From: Octopus sinensis
Lineage: Eukaryota
DNA length: 64,000 bases
Direction of reading: 5' to 3'
Assembly (NCBI RefSeq): GCF_006345805.1
Contig: NC_042997.1
Span: 168,950,001 to 169,014,000, forward strand
Program-made: the position numbers and the translations under genes
Notes under the pieces: model-generated
The model's input: only the letters and a program-made list of their open reading frames with translations
The model's database searches: none
What the model was told of the DNA's origin: nothing
Part shown: piece after piece, positions 1-10,531 of the stretch
Layout: each line of letters begins with the position of its first letter
Position numbering within the stretch: the stretch's first letter is position 1

Positions 1-989
1 CCTCGTTTTGCCAGCTGAGTTGAATATTCTTCACTGAGGAAGTATAAGAAAATCGAAACGTGCGGTGCTTTGCACCACATGGCTTTAAAAATCGGATCGC
101 TTTAATTATGTTCGACTAGCTAATATCGTTGAAGCTATTTCTCTTGCTTGTTTGAACTTTTTTTTCCCTTTAGCATTTTAAACATTTCCAGTGAATGAAT
201 GTTTGTCAGATAATCGAAGATTTTTAACTCACCATATGACATGTATGAAATTCTTCTGTATATGTGTTTTCAGAAATACTTTTTATCGGCTCTATAATTG
301 ATATTCATAATCAACACCTTCCATATCATATATTCCATAACATACATACGTGTATGTGTGTGTGTGTGTTCCTTTTTATATGAGTTATGTATAATAGCAA
401 TTTAACGTTAAACTGAAATTACCCACCACATTTTAATGGCGTGCTTATTTATTAGCTTTTACAAGGAACAGGTGGAACAGTGGCTTCCAAGTCAGTTTCG
501 AAGTGCTTGCCGTAATCAAACAACATACATGTGTGTATACAAATATATAGATGAATATAATATACATACAAGCATAAACATACATTCATACATACACATA
601 CGCACACACACTCACATGCGTGCGCGCGTACATACAAATACTGTTGATTTCTAAATCTTACATTCTAAATTGAATAGGCTTCACTGATGAGATTTAATAA
701 GACCAGATCGTGTCCGTTGCTTACACTAGTTTGACTTTAGACATATAAACCACACTCCTTTGTATCGTCCTTTTTATCCAAAAATTTCGAGTGGCAGTTT
801 TTCCCGCCCCTTGTTGCATTTAGATTCTAAATATTCCCGCAAGGAAGTTTGGTTTGCTAACAGTATTGATAATCTCAGTCAACGGAAAATTTTTTTTAAC
901 TAACTTTATGACAGATTCTAAACCCTACTGCATGTGTATTTAGTATGCAAAACATTTCCTTGAATATTATTTCCTGTGTTATTTACAGA

Positions 990-1221
990 CACACACACAA
1001 ACACACACACACATACGTATATACACATACATACATACATACATACATACATACATACATACATACATACATACATACATACATACATACTACATATATA
1101 GACACACACATACATGTACATACCTACATGCATATGTACATATCTACCTAGCTATCCGGCTATCTCCCTATCCTTGTATATATCTTATATATATACATAT
1201 AAGTGTGTGTGTGTGTGTGTA

Positions 1222-1269
<48 letters not shown>

Positions 1270-1335
1270 CATACATGCACACACACACACATCCATATAT
1301 CTATATATCAACAACAATAGTGGTGTGTGTGTATG
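990..1335. repeat. Compound microsatellite block (CA)n/(TACA)n/(TG)n/(TA)n
   Basis: Directly visible simple repeats; they explain the HTYI/MYVC ORFs in the track. Confidence 0.95.
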
Positions 1336-2344
1336 TATATACAAACGCATCCTCACAAGCTTCATGAGATAAGCATATCCCTACTGCCAGGATATGCACA
1401 CGTGTATATATGTAACGACACGTAAATATATAACGTAAATACAAGAAAATTTGCTGACGCACATCAAACACATACCAATGTATCATATATATAAAATGAG
1501 TCCAATAAGAGCAAAAAATTGTATAACCGTTGTGTTCTGTTAAAAAGAGAATCCTCATGTTCCTGACAGAACCATTCTTCGAAGAATAAAACTAATTTAG
1601 AAAATATTTTCTCATTTTGCATATAAAGATAGCTCCTGTATTGATTTCCTGCATAGACAGAGATGTGCAGGATTAACTCGAGTCTGTATGTCTTATTGTT
1701 CTGCTAAGGACAAAAGGAAAGTTGACTACGGCTGGACTTGAACTCAGAGCATAAAGATACATTATATATATATATATATATATAAACGCGCACGCGTGCA
1801 CACACACATACACACAGTGTTATGGTATATTCTGTTAAGAACATAGTAAAGTACAGTATAAAGCTCATCCACCTTCAGATTTCAGTCTGTGTTATCCTGT
1901 TGTAGTATTATACATACCTCCGGGTTTGGGTTTCTGTCGTGTGTGAATAGATAATTTTCAATTATTGCCTTTGAAACGTGGAGTAGAGGAAACAGGGACA
2001 ACTGAAGGGGAATATTCTTTATGTTGTATATCTCGTTTCTGTTTTTACGATGTTTGAAAAATAGTTCGTTTCTGTTTTTGTTTTTGTTTTCGTTTCTCAT
2101 TGTGTTCAACGTTTCTTTGATGTCTTGTACCCATATATGCATGTATATATACATATATATGTAGGTATGTACATATATGTATGTATATATGCATATATTT
2201 ATATATTATTTATATTATTATATAATATAATATATATTTATTTATTTATACGTGTCACTTAACTAAAAAAACAATCTATAAATTTTGTTTACACATTCAC
2301 ACACACACGCACGCACGCACACACACACACACGCACACACACAC

Positions 2345-2590
2345 ACACAAGAATCCCGTCGTATATGTGTGTGTTTGTGTGTGTCTGTGTTTGTCTCCCT
2401 CCACCGTTTGACAACCGATGTTGGTATATTTACGTCCCCACAACTTACGGTTCGGCAAAAGAGACCGGCAGAATAAGTACTAGGCTTACAAAGAATAAGT
2501 CTTGGGGTCGATTTGTTCAACTAAAGGCGGTGCTCCAGAATGGCCGCCGTCAAATGACTGAAACAAGTAAAAAGATAAAAGAATAAAATA
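2345..2590 (+). mobile_element. SINE family A, 3' half
   Basis: Matches the 3' half of the full copies at 24832, 36692 and 57095 (GACAACCGATG..TTTACGTCCCC..GGTTCGGCAAAAGAGACCG..AAAGGCGGTGCTCCAG..GACTGAAACAAGTAAAA). Confidence 0.85.
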
Positions 2591-4852
2591 CTATATATAT
2601 ACATACGTAAAAGAAGGATTCTGTCCATCTGTGTGTTTGTTCGTTTGCTTGTCTTCCAAAATGAAAGTAATAGTTCAAAGGAAGCTATTATGTTTTTCTT
2701 ATATCTCGTTTTATGCTATTGCTTAATTTGTCTCCACAAAAATTATGTAATAGTACAACACTAATTGTGCATAAACCTATGGGGAACTGCGCTGAGGCAA
2801 ATATTCTCACGGTGATGTGTAAAATACTTGCTTCTGATTGGTTAAAATACCCAAATTAGGCAAATTTTAAAGGCTAATAACTTTTTAATTATGGACTGAT
2901 AGGAAAAATGATTTCCATTTTCATAATTAGTATACAAAACTTAATCCATATACTAAATTTGAAAACAATTGGAATAAAATTGTAAACAGTGGCGAAAACC
3001 ATTAAGATCTCACAGTAATTTGTGGATAAAAATTATAGAAGTTACTTGTCGTCAGTTTATATTTCCAGTGAATTGATATCTTCACTGATATGCGATAGCG
3101 ACCACAGTAACCGAGCATAAACGTCAGCATGCTAACAGTTCCTGTGTGTAATAAAGAAGCATTTTAGCTCTACTGGCTGTCCAATATTTTGTTCTTGTAG
3201 CTATATGAAATACTGATGCGAAGTGGATGGAGCTATGAACAGGTATAGCTGATGCAATAAGGTCAATTCAAAAATTATTACTTCTACACAGTATATGATA
3301 AAAACAATGGATTGCAGAAACACGGAAAAACTTAACTATTAATCAAAAGAAATGGAAGAAGAAACAAAGTGCAGAACTAATGAAAGTGTTATTTGCAGTA
3401 CTTATCCTCTGCTCCACAAACTGGTGCGGAACAGACCCAATACAGCGATTAATTATCGAGGTCAGCCACGGAAAAACAAAAAGTATGACCTCTGTTGAAA
3501 TAAAATTCACGAACACAGAATGAATGGGATCTGTAGGGGCTCACATAAAGATTAAAGTTTGCTCTGGCTTGATACTGTCTTAGTTCAGCATTAGACTGTA
3601 ACGGTAAAATGACAAGAGTTATAACTAGTGACATATAATATCAAAAATATTAAAAAAGACAAGCTGGTAGAGAAAATAGCAAAGATGAAAAGTCAGTAAT
3701 TCTTGATGCTGTGATTTATCCCTTGGTTAACCAAAATCATATTGTTCATACCATCTCGTCACTTTAATGATATCTACACGACATTATTTGACGAATAATT
3801 CTATTTTTAGAATGTTATTTCTATCGGATATCGGATAGAGGGACTATATAGAGCCTCCCTACCAGTAGAATTATAGAGAGAGACGTAAGCCAAACCGGAA
3901 AGTTAATTATATACGGATACAAGAAGAGAAAACACGTTCTTAACAATTTACATTATGTATTCCAGTCACGCTTCGGTCTTATCATAGCCTTTACAGTGAC
4001 TTCAACGTTGTAGCGATAGGGAAATCACTAAGGAAATAAGTATTAATGAATGAATACACAATACTGTCCATTCACCGCTGAAGCAAAATAAAGTTGGTCA
4101 GATAAAAAAAAAAAAATATTAAGTGAAAAACATTAGAAAGCTGAATGTAGGACACATTAAAAAGTTAATCAGAAATATTTTTGCTGTGAGGAAGAGGAAA
4201 AATAAAACAGCATTAGCCATTGATTAATGTAATAAGATCAAAATATGTCTTAAGCATGTCCAAGGCTGACTCCTATGTTTGCCGAAATAATTAAAATAAG
4301 ATTGTTGCTTTTTTTTTTCTCGCCGCATAATTATATCTTGTTCGCTTGTTAATATTCCCTGCATTAAACATGTCAACACAAACTATTGCATTATGTATTT
4401 TGTTCTTATTACTGTTTAACCTCAATTCTCCCACTCCAAGCCTTGACCATTCCATCTTTTTTGTATATTAATGACTATATTGTCTTCTATATCATTATTG
4501 TTAACTCATAACATAAAAAAAGTCCGATCAAATATCACAGCGCTCCACCGATTCGGCCACATCACCTTCCTTTAAAAACAGCAACAATAATTCTTTCTAA
4601 TTTTGGTACCAGGCCAGCAGTGGTGAGGAGCGGATATTAGTCGATGCCTTTGACCACTAGTACTTTTATCGATCTTAGTGGGATTAAAGGTAAGGTTGAT
4701 TTCTACGGAATTTCAACTCGGAACGTAAAGAGCATAACCAAATCCTCCAAGGCATTTTTTCCGGCACCCCTCTATCGATTCTGCCGATCTACCACTCCAA
4801 ATAATAGTTCCTGGTTTAGCTACAATCCCCTACAACTTTGAAGAGACGAGAA

Positions 4853-5680
4853 GAGTCACTTTTCTACTAGACATGCCGGAACCATAATTCCAATGTGGGT
4901 CACCGGGAAATGCACCAGCTAAACCGTAACTACCCCCTACCTAAGCTTTTGTCGACCCGACAAATCATAACAAAACTCGCACCTCCGAGCAGCAGACTCT
5001 CCAGGGGCTGGGGGTCCCCTTGGGTGGTTTCTCCTCCGGGGGTCTCACCTCCCACGGCCACCACTTCAGCACCAGCCACAGGTTGGCACCTTCCCTCTGC
5101 GGCTTGGGTAACGCCTCCGCCAACGCCGCCAGGCTTCCTACTAGCCGCCCACAATAGGCGCACCGTCCGAGGAAGTTCCTCAAATCCCTTCCACAGGCAG
5201 GGTCCGGCCAATCCTTCATAGTGGCCACCTTCCTCAGGGCTCTATAGCCCACGTAGCACCTTGCTGTACCATCCACATTCCGCGCAATTATCGCTGACGA
5301 CCAGGGACCATTCTGTCCTTTCACTGTTACCTGTCGCCGATATCTCCTCTTGCGCTGCTGTACTGAGACCTTCCTCCGGCCTCGCTGCCTCCTCAAGCGA
5401 CAACCGCCTTGGTCGACGAAACGTTCTGCCAGGTCCGTGCGGCCAGCATCCAACAACCCTCGCGACCAACGTCCTGCGCTTTCCACCAACAGTTGCCTCT
5501 TCCGCAACTGCATCAGCGGACCACGAACTCCCTTAACTTCATCTCTGCACCGGCAGAACTGACCCCGCCGCTGGTTTACTGTCCGGCGCAGTTCCACGAT
5601 TTGCCCTCTGCTTTCACTAGGCACTGCCTGTCGGGCTCCACCGGCCCCAAGCAACCATCAACCACAAAGCTCAAAATTTG
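4853..5680 (-). mobile_element. Non-autonomous Ty3/Gypsy-type LTR element fragment: deleted-pol ORF, PPT and start of the 3' LTR
   Basis: 4855-4930 is near-identical to the end of the solo LTR (9614-9689). On the minus strand it is preceded by the purine tract GGTAGGGGG. ORF 4965-5654 carries Gypsy RT N-terminal and thumb-like motifs. Confidence 0.8.
4965..5654 (-). CDS. 229-aa ORF, Gypsy reverse-transcriptase derivative lacking the catalytic palm
   Basis: GPWSSAIIARNVDGTARCYVGYRALRKV resembles [29 protein letters not shown]. It joins directly to KDWPDPACGRDLRNFLGRCAYCGRLV, which resembles KDWPTPxxVKDLRSFLGLCSYYRRFV. No YxDD motif is present. Confidence 0.6.
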   Translation of the reverse strand: MLGAGGARQAVPSESRGQIVELRRTVNQRRGQFCRCRDEVKGVRGPLMQLRKRQLLVESAGRWSRGLLDAGRTDLAERFVDQGGCRLRRQRGRRKVSVQQRKRRYRRQVTVKGQNGPWSSAIIARNVDGTARCYVGYRALRKVATMKDWPDPACGRDLRNFLGRCAYCGRLVGSLAALAEALPKPQREGANLWLVLKWWPWEVRPPEEKPPKGTPSPWRVCCSEVRVLL

Positions 5681-5971
5681 ACTAGTATCTAATTAATTTT
5701 GTTCTCTCTGAAGTTGACCTCAGCGGAAGTTGAAATAGGAACGTAAAGAGGTGGAAGAAATAAGTATTTTACTATTGGTTAGTTGTTGCTTATTCCAGCA
5801 AGTCGTCGATACAAATTAAGAATTTAAGGACTGGTACGAAGCAAACAAAAAGTCTTTTATACGAAAAGTAAAACAAAAAGAAATCTTTTTATCTCAGACC
5901 ACAATATGTGGAACGATAGCAAAGCATAATTAAACCACTTTCAACATACATGCCGCGTAACAACAGAATAA

Positions 5972-6341
5972 CTGGCAGAATGCTTATCAGCATTTTCTCC
6001 GACTTTACGTTCTGAGCTCAAATCCCACCAAGATGGAGTTTGTTTTTCATCCTTTCGGGGTCGATAAAATAAGTACCAGTTGAGCACCGGCGTCTTTCTC
6101 TCTTCCCCGAAACTGCTGACCTTGTGCCAAAATTTGAAACCAATATAAAGCGGCGTGTCGGCAGAATCGTTAACACGTTGGGCAAAATGTTTAGCGACAT
6201 TTCGTCCATCTTTACGTTCTGGGTTCAAATTCCGTCGAGGTCAACTTTGCCTTTCATTGTATTGGGGTTGAGGAGACCGACTAGCCCTATACCCACAAAT
6301 TCCAAGCCTTGTGCCTATAGTAGAAAGGATTATCATCATCA

Positions 6342-6402
<61 letters not shown>

Positions 6403-6820
6403 CATAATTTACACAGACACTAAGTCAAAAATATTAAAGAATGGAATTATTCGATTAAATCGATCAAGTACTTGTCTGGTATTTTATTTTATCGACTCTG
6501 GAGGGATGAAAGGCAAAGGTCTCGGTGGGATTTGAAAGCAGAAAATATAGAACAAATACAGCAAATCATTTTCCCCGACTCTAACGTTTCAGCTAATCAA
6601 TCGCCCTGAATACTTTCTTACCAAGACATAAGGCGAGAAATCTAGTGGGAGAGAACAGTCAATAATATCGGCTTCAGTACTAAGACGGTGAGTCGACTTT
6701 GCCTTTCATCCTTTCAGTGTCGATAAAATAAGTACCAGTTGAGTACTCGGATCGTTGTAATCGACTCATTCCGTCCCCCAAAATTGCTGGCCTTGTGCCA
6801 AAATTTGAAAGTAATATTGG
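5972..6820. mobile_element. Cluster of diverged SINE family B' copies (family B head and core with the alternative CCTTGTGCCAAAATTTGAAA tail)
   Basis: Recurrent TTTCATCCTTTCGGGGTCGATAAAATAAGTACCAGTTGAG core and CTGGCAGAAT..TTACGTTCTGAGTTCAAAT head. Plus-strand copies at about 5972, 6150 and 6690; a minus-strand copy at about 6450-6600. Confidence 0.75.
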
Positions 6821-6873
6821 CTTCAGCACTTGACTGTTATTTACTTTATTTTATCAATACCGGAAAGGTAAAT

Positions 6874-7192
6874 CCACTACAAGGTCCAGTCCTTGTTGCT
6901 GTGTGGTGGCTTGTGTGCATCAATGATCCCGAGAGCTATACCAGAGGAGTGCAAGGTCCAGGTAGGGCCTTCCCATGCTGGACTGGACAAAGGATAGAGC
7001 CCAGATAAGTATGAATCACCTCTCCTCCTAGGAAAAAGCAAAGCTACAGTAGAGTCGATGAGAATTCAACAAAACCTAAGAGAGAAAGACCTTCCCCCGG
7101 AGAGCAAAAGGAGGCTAAATACTGAAGCAGAGCTAAACGGAGAAAAGTTGTTGGTATATGATCCATAGGGAATGAAGGGCTTAAGTATGTAA
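6874..7192 (+). mobile_element. Short non-autonomous RTE derivative (RTE 5'UTR fused to an RTE-type 3' tail), inserted in a SINE
   Basis: 5' part CCTTGTTGCTGTGTGGTGGCTTGTGTGCATCAATGATCCCGAGAGCTAT..GGTAGGGCCTTCCCATG resembles RTE/BovB 5'UTRs. 3' end is TATGATCCATAGGGAATGAAGGGCTTAAGTATGTAAG. Imperfect TSD GAAAGGTAAAT/GAAAAAGTAAAT. The interrupted SINE core resumes after it (GGCAAAGTCGACCTC). Confidence 0.65.
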
Positions 7193-7634
7193 GAAAAAGT
7201 AAATGGCAAAGTCGACCTCAGTAGGATTTGAAATCAGATAACAGCAGTGTGCAACTGAATACCACACGTGATTTATGTCCGAGTTTCTAATGATTCAACC
7301 AAATCATTTCCTTTCATGTCAGAAAGGCGGCAGCTAGGGAACATTTCAAAGACAAATCACTGAATGTGAGGGGTGTTTTACCAGGGTTTATGATAGGAAA
7401 ACGGAAATAATAGCAGTAATAACATTAATAATAAATATGAAACATTTGGAAACTCGAATGCCAGTGCGAGTAGGCATTGCACGTGGTTTGTTTTGACATT
7501 GTAAGTAGAGAACCAGAGAGGAGGAGAAAAAAAAAAAAAACTGAAGCCAAGTGGAAGATTTGTAGATCGTTGGAGACAGTTGGTCGCTGTGTTTCAACTG
7601 ACAAAATAAGTCTCTTTAGTGAGCACAAGAACAA

Positions 7635-7680
7635 TATACATTATATATATAATATATATATATATAATATATATATATAT

Positions 7681-7729
<49 letters not shown>

Positions 7730-7738
7730 TACATACAT

Positions 7739-7788
<50 letters not shown>

Positions 7789-7938
7789 GTATATATACGG
7801 TCAGGATCAATACTTTTGATACAATAGGATCTAATAGCAACACAACGATTATTTGATGGGTTTTCCTGCGAAACACATTTGCACACATTTTTTTTTTCAC
7901 ATAGACACACATAAACACACAAGGACACTCACACACGA

Positions 7939-7977
<39 letters not shown>

Positions 7978-8079
7978 GTGAAGAACACAAAAAACGAAAT
8001 ACAAAAAACAAGACGGGATAAGTTCAGAATCAATGTTCTAGCTTGACGCTCTAGGGTATATATATATACATACATACAT

Positions 8080-8146
<67 letters not shown>

Positions 8147-8207
8147 ATATATATACATACATATATACATACATATATACATACATATATACATACATGC
8201 ATATATA

Positions 8208-8240
<33 letters not shown>

Positions 8241-8245
8241 ATATA

Positions 8246-8317
<72 letters not shown>

Positions 8318-8345
8318 ATATAGTGAGAGAGAGAGAGAGAGAGAG
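7635..8345. repeat. (TA)n/(TATG)n/(CA)n/(GA)n microsatellite tracts
   Basis: Directly visible. Confidence 0.95.
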
Positions 8346-8511
8346 TTCTACGATTATGTAACAGCTTATACCGATATGCAAATATAAGCTTATAAACCAA
8401 ATATACTTTAGTTTCTCTCCTTCTTACAGACCCATCTTTGTATACATACACGCCAAAATACATACATTATATGCCTGTGTATAAAGATATCCTCCCTGCT
8501 CAAATATATAT

Positions 8512-9689
8512 TGTTACGAAACGGAATCATCCGTCGTCGCCCGTCCCGAACGGCTCACTCGAGTTCCGCCACGGAACCCAAAGAGAGGAGGAGAGGAGAT
8601 ACAGATAGATACTGCCACAACCTCAACAGCACAGAGATACAGAGGCACAACCCGAGATACACCCCAAAGAGGCAAGGCAACAACTGGCAACACTGGCTTA
8701 TATTCAAACAACAGTTTATACGACAATTACAATTGTTACAACATCAAGATACATCAAAGCATGCACGTGACTACTCAATACATAATACAACAGATCAAAG
8801 CATATAACAACATGCATGTAACAATATAACAGTGTTCAGTAACGACACAAGTCCAGATCAAATAATGTTCACGATACGTCACAGTCCAATCAGAACACTT
8901 CGATACATTATACAATGTTCGTATCACAACAATTCACGTTACAATTCAACAAGTCCTTTACTCAATTCACAATGTTCTTTATCGACTACATCGACAGAGT
9001 CCTTCTTTTTCTCTCTTTTTCTCTTCACTGTTCAATACACAAATCACATACCTTAATTCCTAACTGAATCGCCAGTGTTCCATTCTGCACTCATCCCTCA
9101 ATACTGCTAAATCCAGCCTGCCAAACTCCTGCATCCCAACTTGCTTGCTCCTAAGTTTCCACCTACTCGCTCTGATTTCCAGAATCCGACTGTCCTTCTT
9201 CGACGACCGACTCCAACTCCAAGATCCGTCTGTGTTCCTCGACGACCGCTCAACGACTGCACAGACCTCACTTCGTCTCTGTCCTGACTTCCACTCCCTC
9301 ATCTCCCTCTGTTCTACCACCTATAGTCTTTCTATTTGCTATCTGATTCCTTACTCTATCTATATCGCCTACTGTCCCTTAGCCTCTCTATCTGTCCCTT
9401 AGTCTTATACTCTATCTCTCTCATGACAGCTCTACCAAACTCTCTGCCTGTCCTTCTCTCCTACTGTCAATACCCTCTCCATCTGCTCTTAGATTCCCTT
9501 AATCTGTCCTCCTCTTCACTTCTTCAAGGGGTGCCCAGAGCGACCCCTAATTCACCCGCACAAGGTCACAGGTCATTCCAAAACCCATTAGTCCTCCATT
9601 AAACAAAAGACTGTCACTTTTCTACTAGGCATGCCGGAACCATAATTCCAATGTGGGTCACCGGGAAATGCACCAGCTAAACCGTAACA
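8512..9689 (-). mobile_element. Solo LTR, about 1.18 kb
   Basis: Termini TGTTACG...CGTAACA (7-bp inverted repeat) with a 4-bp TSD ATAT on both sides. Orientation is taken from the PPT-adjacent homologous end at 4855-4930. Confidence 0.9.
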
Positions 9690-9974
9690 ATATTATGCAT
9701 GTGTAAAGAAGCACATACATTCTTTTATTCTTTAATTGGTTTCAGTCTGTTTACTGCGGCAATGTTTTGTCTTTAGTAGTTTCAGTCGATCAAATCTACC
9801 CTAGAACTCATCTAAGTATAACGGCTATTTTATCGACCTTATTAATCGAATGGCTATGTCCAGCGATATAAAGGGGCCGCGACAAGATACATCATCTTAC
9901 GCAGGTACACAAAAATACAGGCAAAGTCTTAAACATATATGTATACATACATATGTGTGTGTGAGTGTGTGCCT

Positions 9975-10232
9975 GTGTGCGTGAAAGGTAGGGGAGTCCA
10001 GTTTGCTGGACATTGTTGTAGAGCTGAAAACGAGGCAATTTCTACTCTTCTCCTCTGGAAGCCATCTACTCGCAATACCAGAGGGCGCACACTCTCCTAC
10101 CCTGATGTAATCTCCAGGGATACAGGCATCCAGCAACAGGACATCCGTAATGCCATGATGGACCGTGAAGTCTGGCGTAGCATGGTAAATTCCATTGTCT
10201 CGACCATGGTCGAACAATGATGATGATGATGT
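9975..10232 (+). mobile_element. 3' end of an RTE-like LINE, 5'-truncated
   Basis: Frame reads QFAGHCCRAENEAISTLLLWKP..RGRTLSYPDVISRD..AMMDREVWR, then a stop and a (TGA)n tail. Confidence 0.8.
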
Positions 10233-10331
10233 GTGCGTGTATATGTATGTGTTTGTGTGTGAGTCCAATGAAGGCTAGCAGGCTAAAACTTCGAAGTTAC
10301 TGTCACCAATCTTCTTGTAAAAATATAATAA

Positions 10332-10494
10332 ATAGGCGCAGGAGTGGCTGTGTGGTAAGTAGCTTGCTTACCAACCACAAAATTTGGAGTGGATATATCT
10401 TGCTTACCAACCCAAGATGCCACGCAGTGGGACTGAACCCGAAACCATGTGGTTGGTTAGCAAGCTACTTACCACACAGCCACTCCTGCGCCTA
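10332..10494. mobile_element. Fold-back of two inverted SINE family A heads with filler DNA
   Basis: ATAGGCGCAGGAGTGGCTGTGTGGTAAGTAGCTTGCTTACCAACCACA is followed by a spacer and then the reverse complement of the same head. Confidence 0.85.
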
Positions 10495-10531
10495 GATATT
10501 ATATATATATATTATATATATATATATATAT

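Noticed and set aside
680-715. CTGATGA hammerhead-like core (also at 48188)
   Set aside because: No correctly placed GAAA or compatible stems.
3400-3634. 61-aa minus-strand ORF with a signal-peptide-like start (MSLVITLVILPLQSNAE)
   Set aside because: Short, no recognisable domain and no canonical splice donor; cannot be supported without homology or RNA data.
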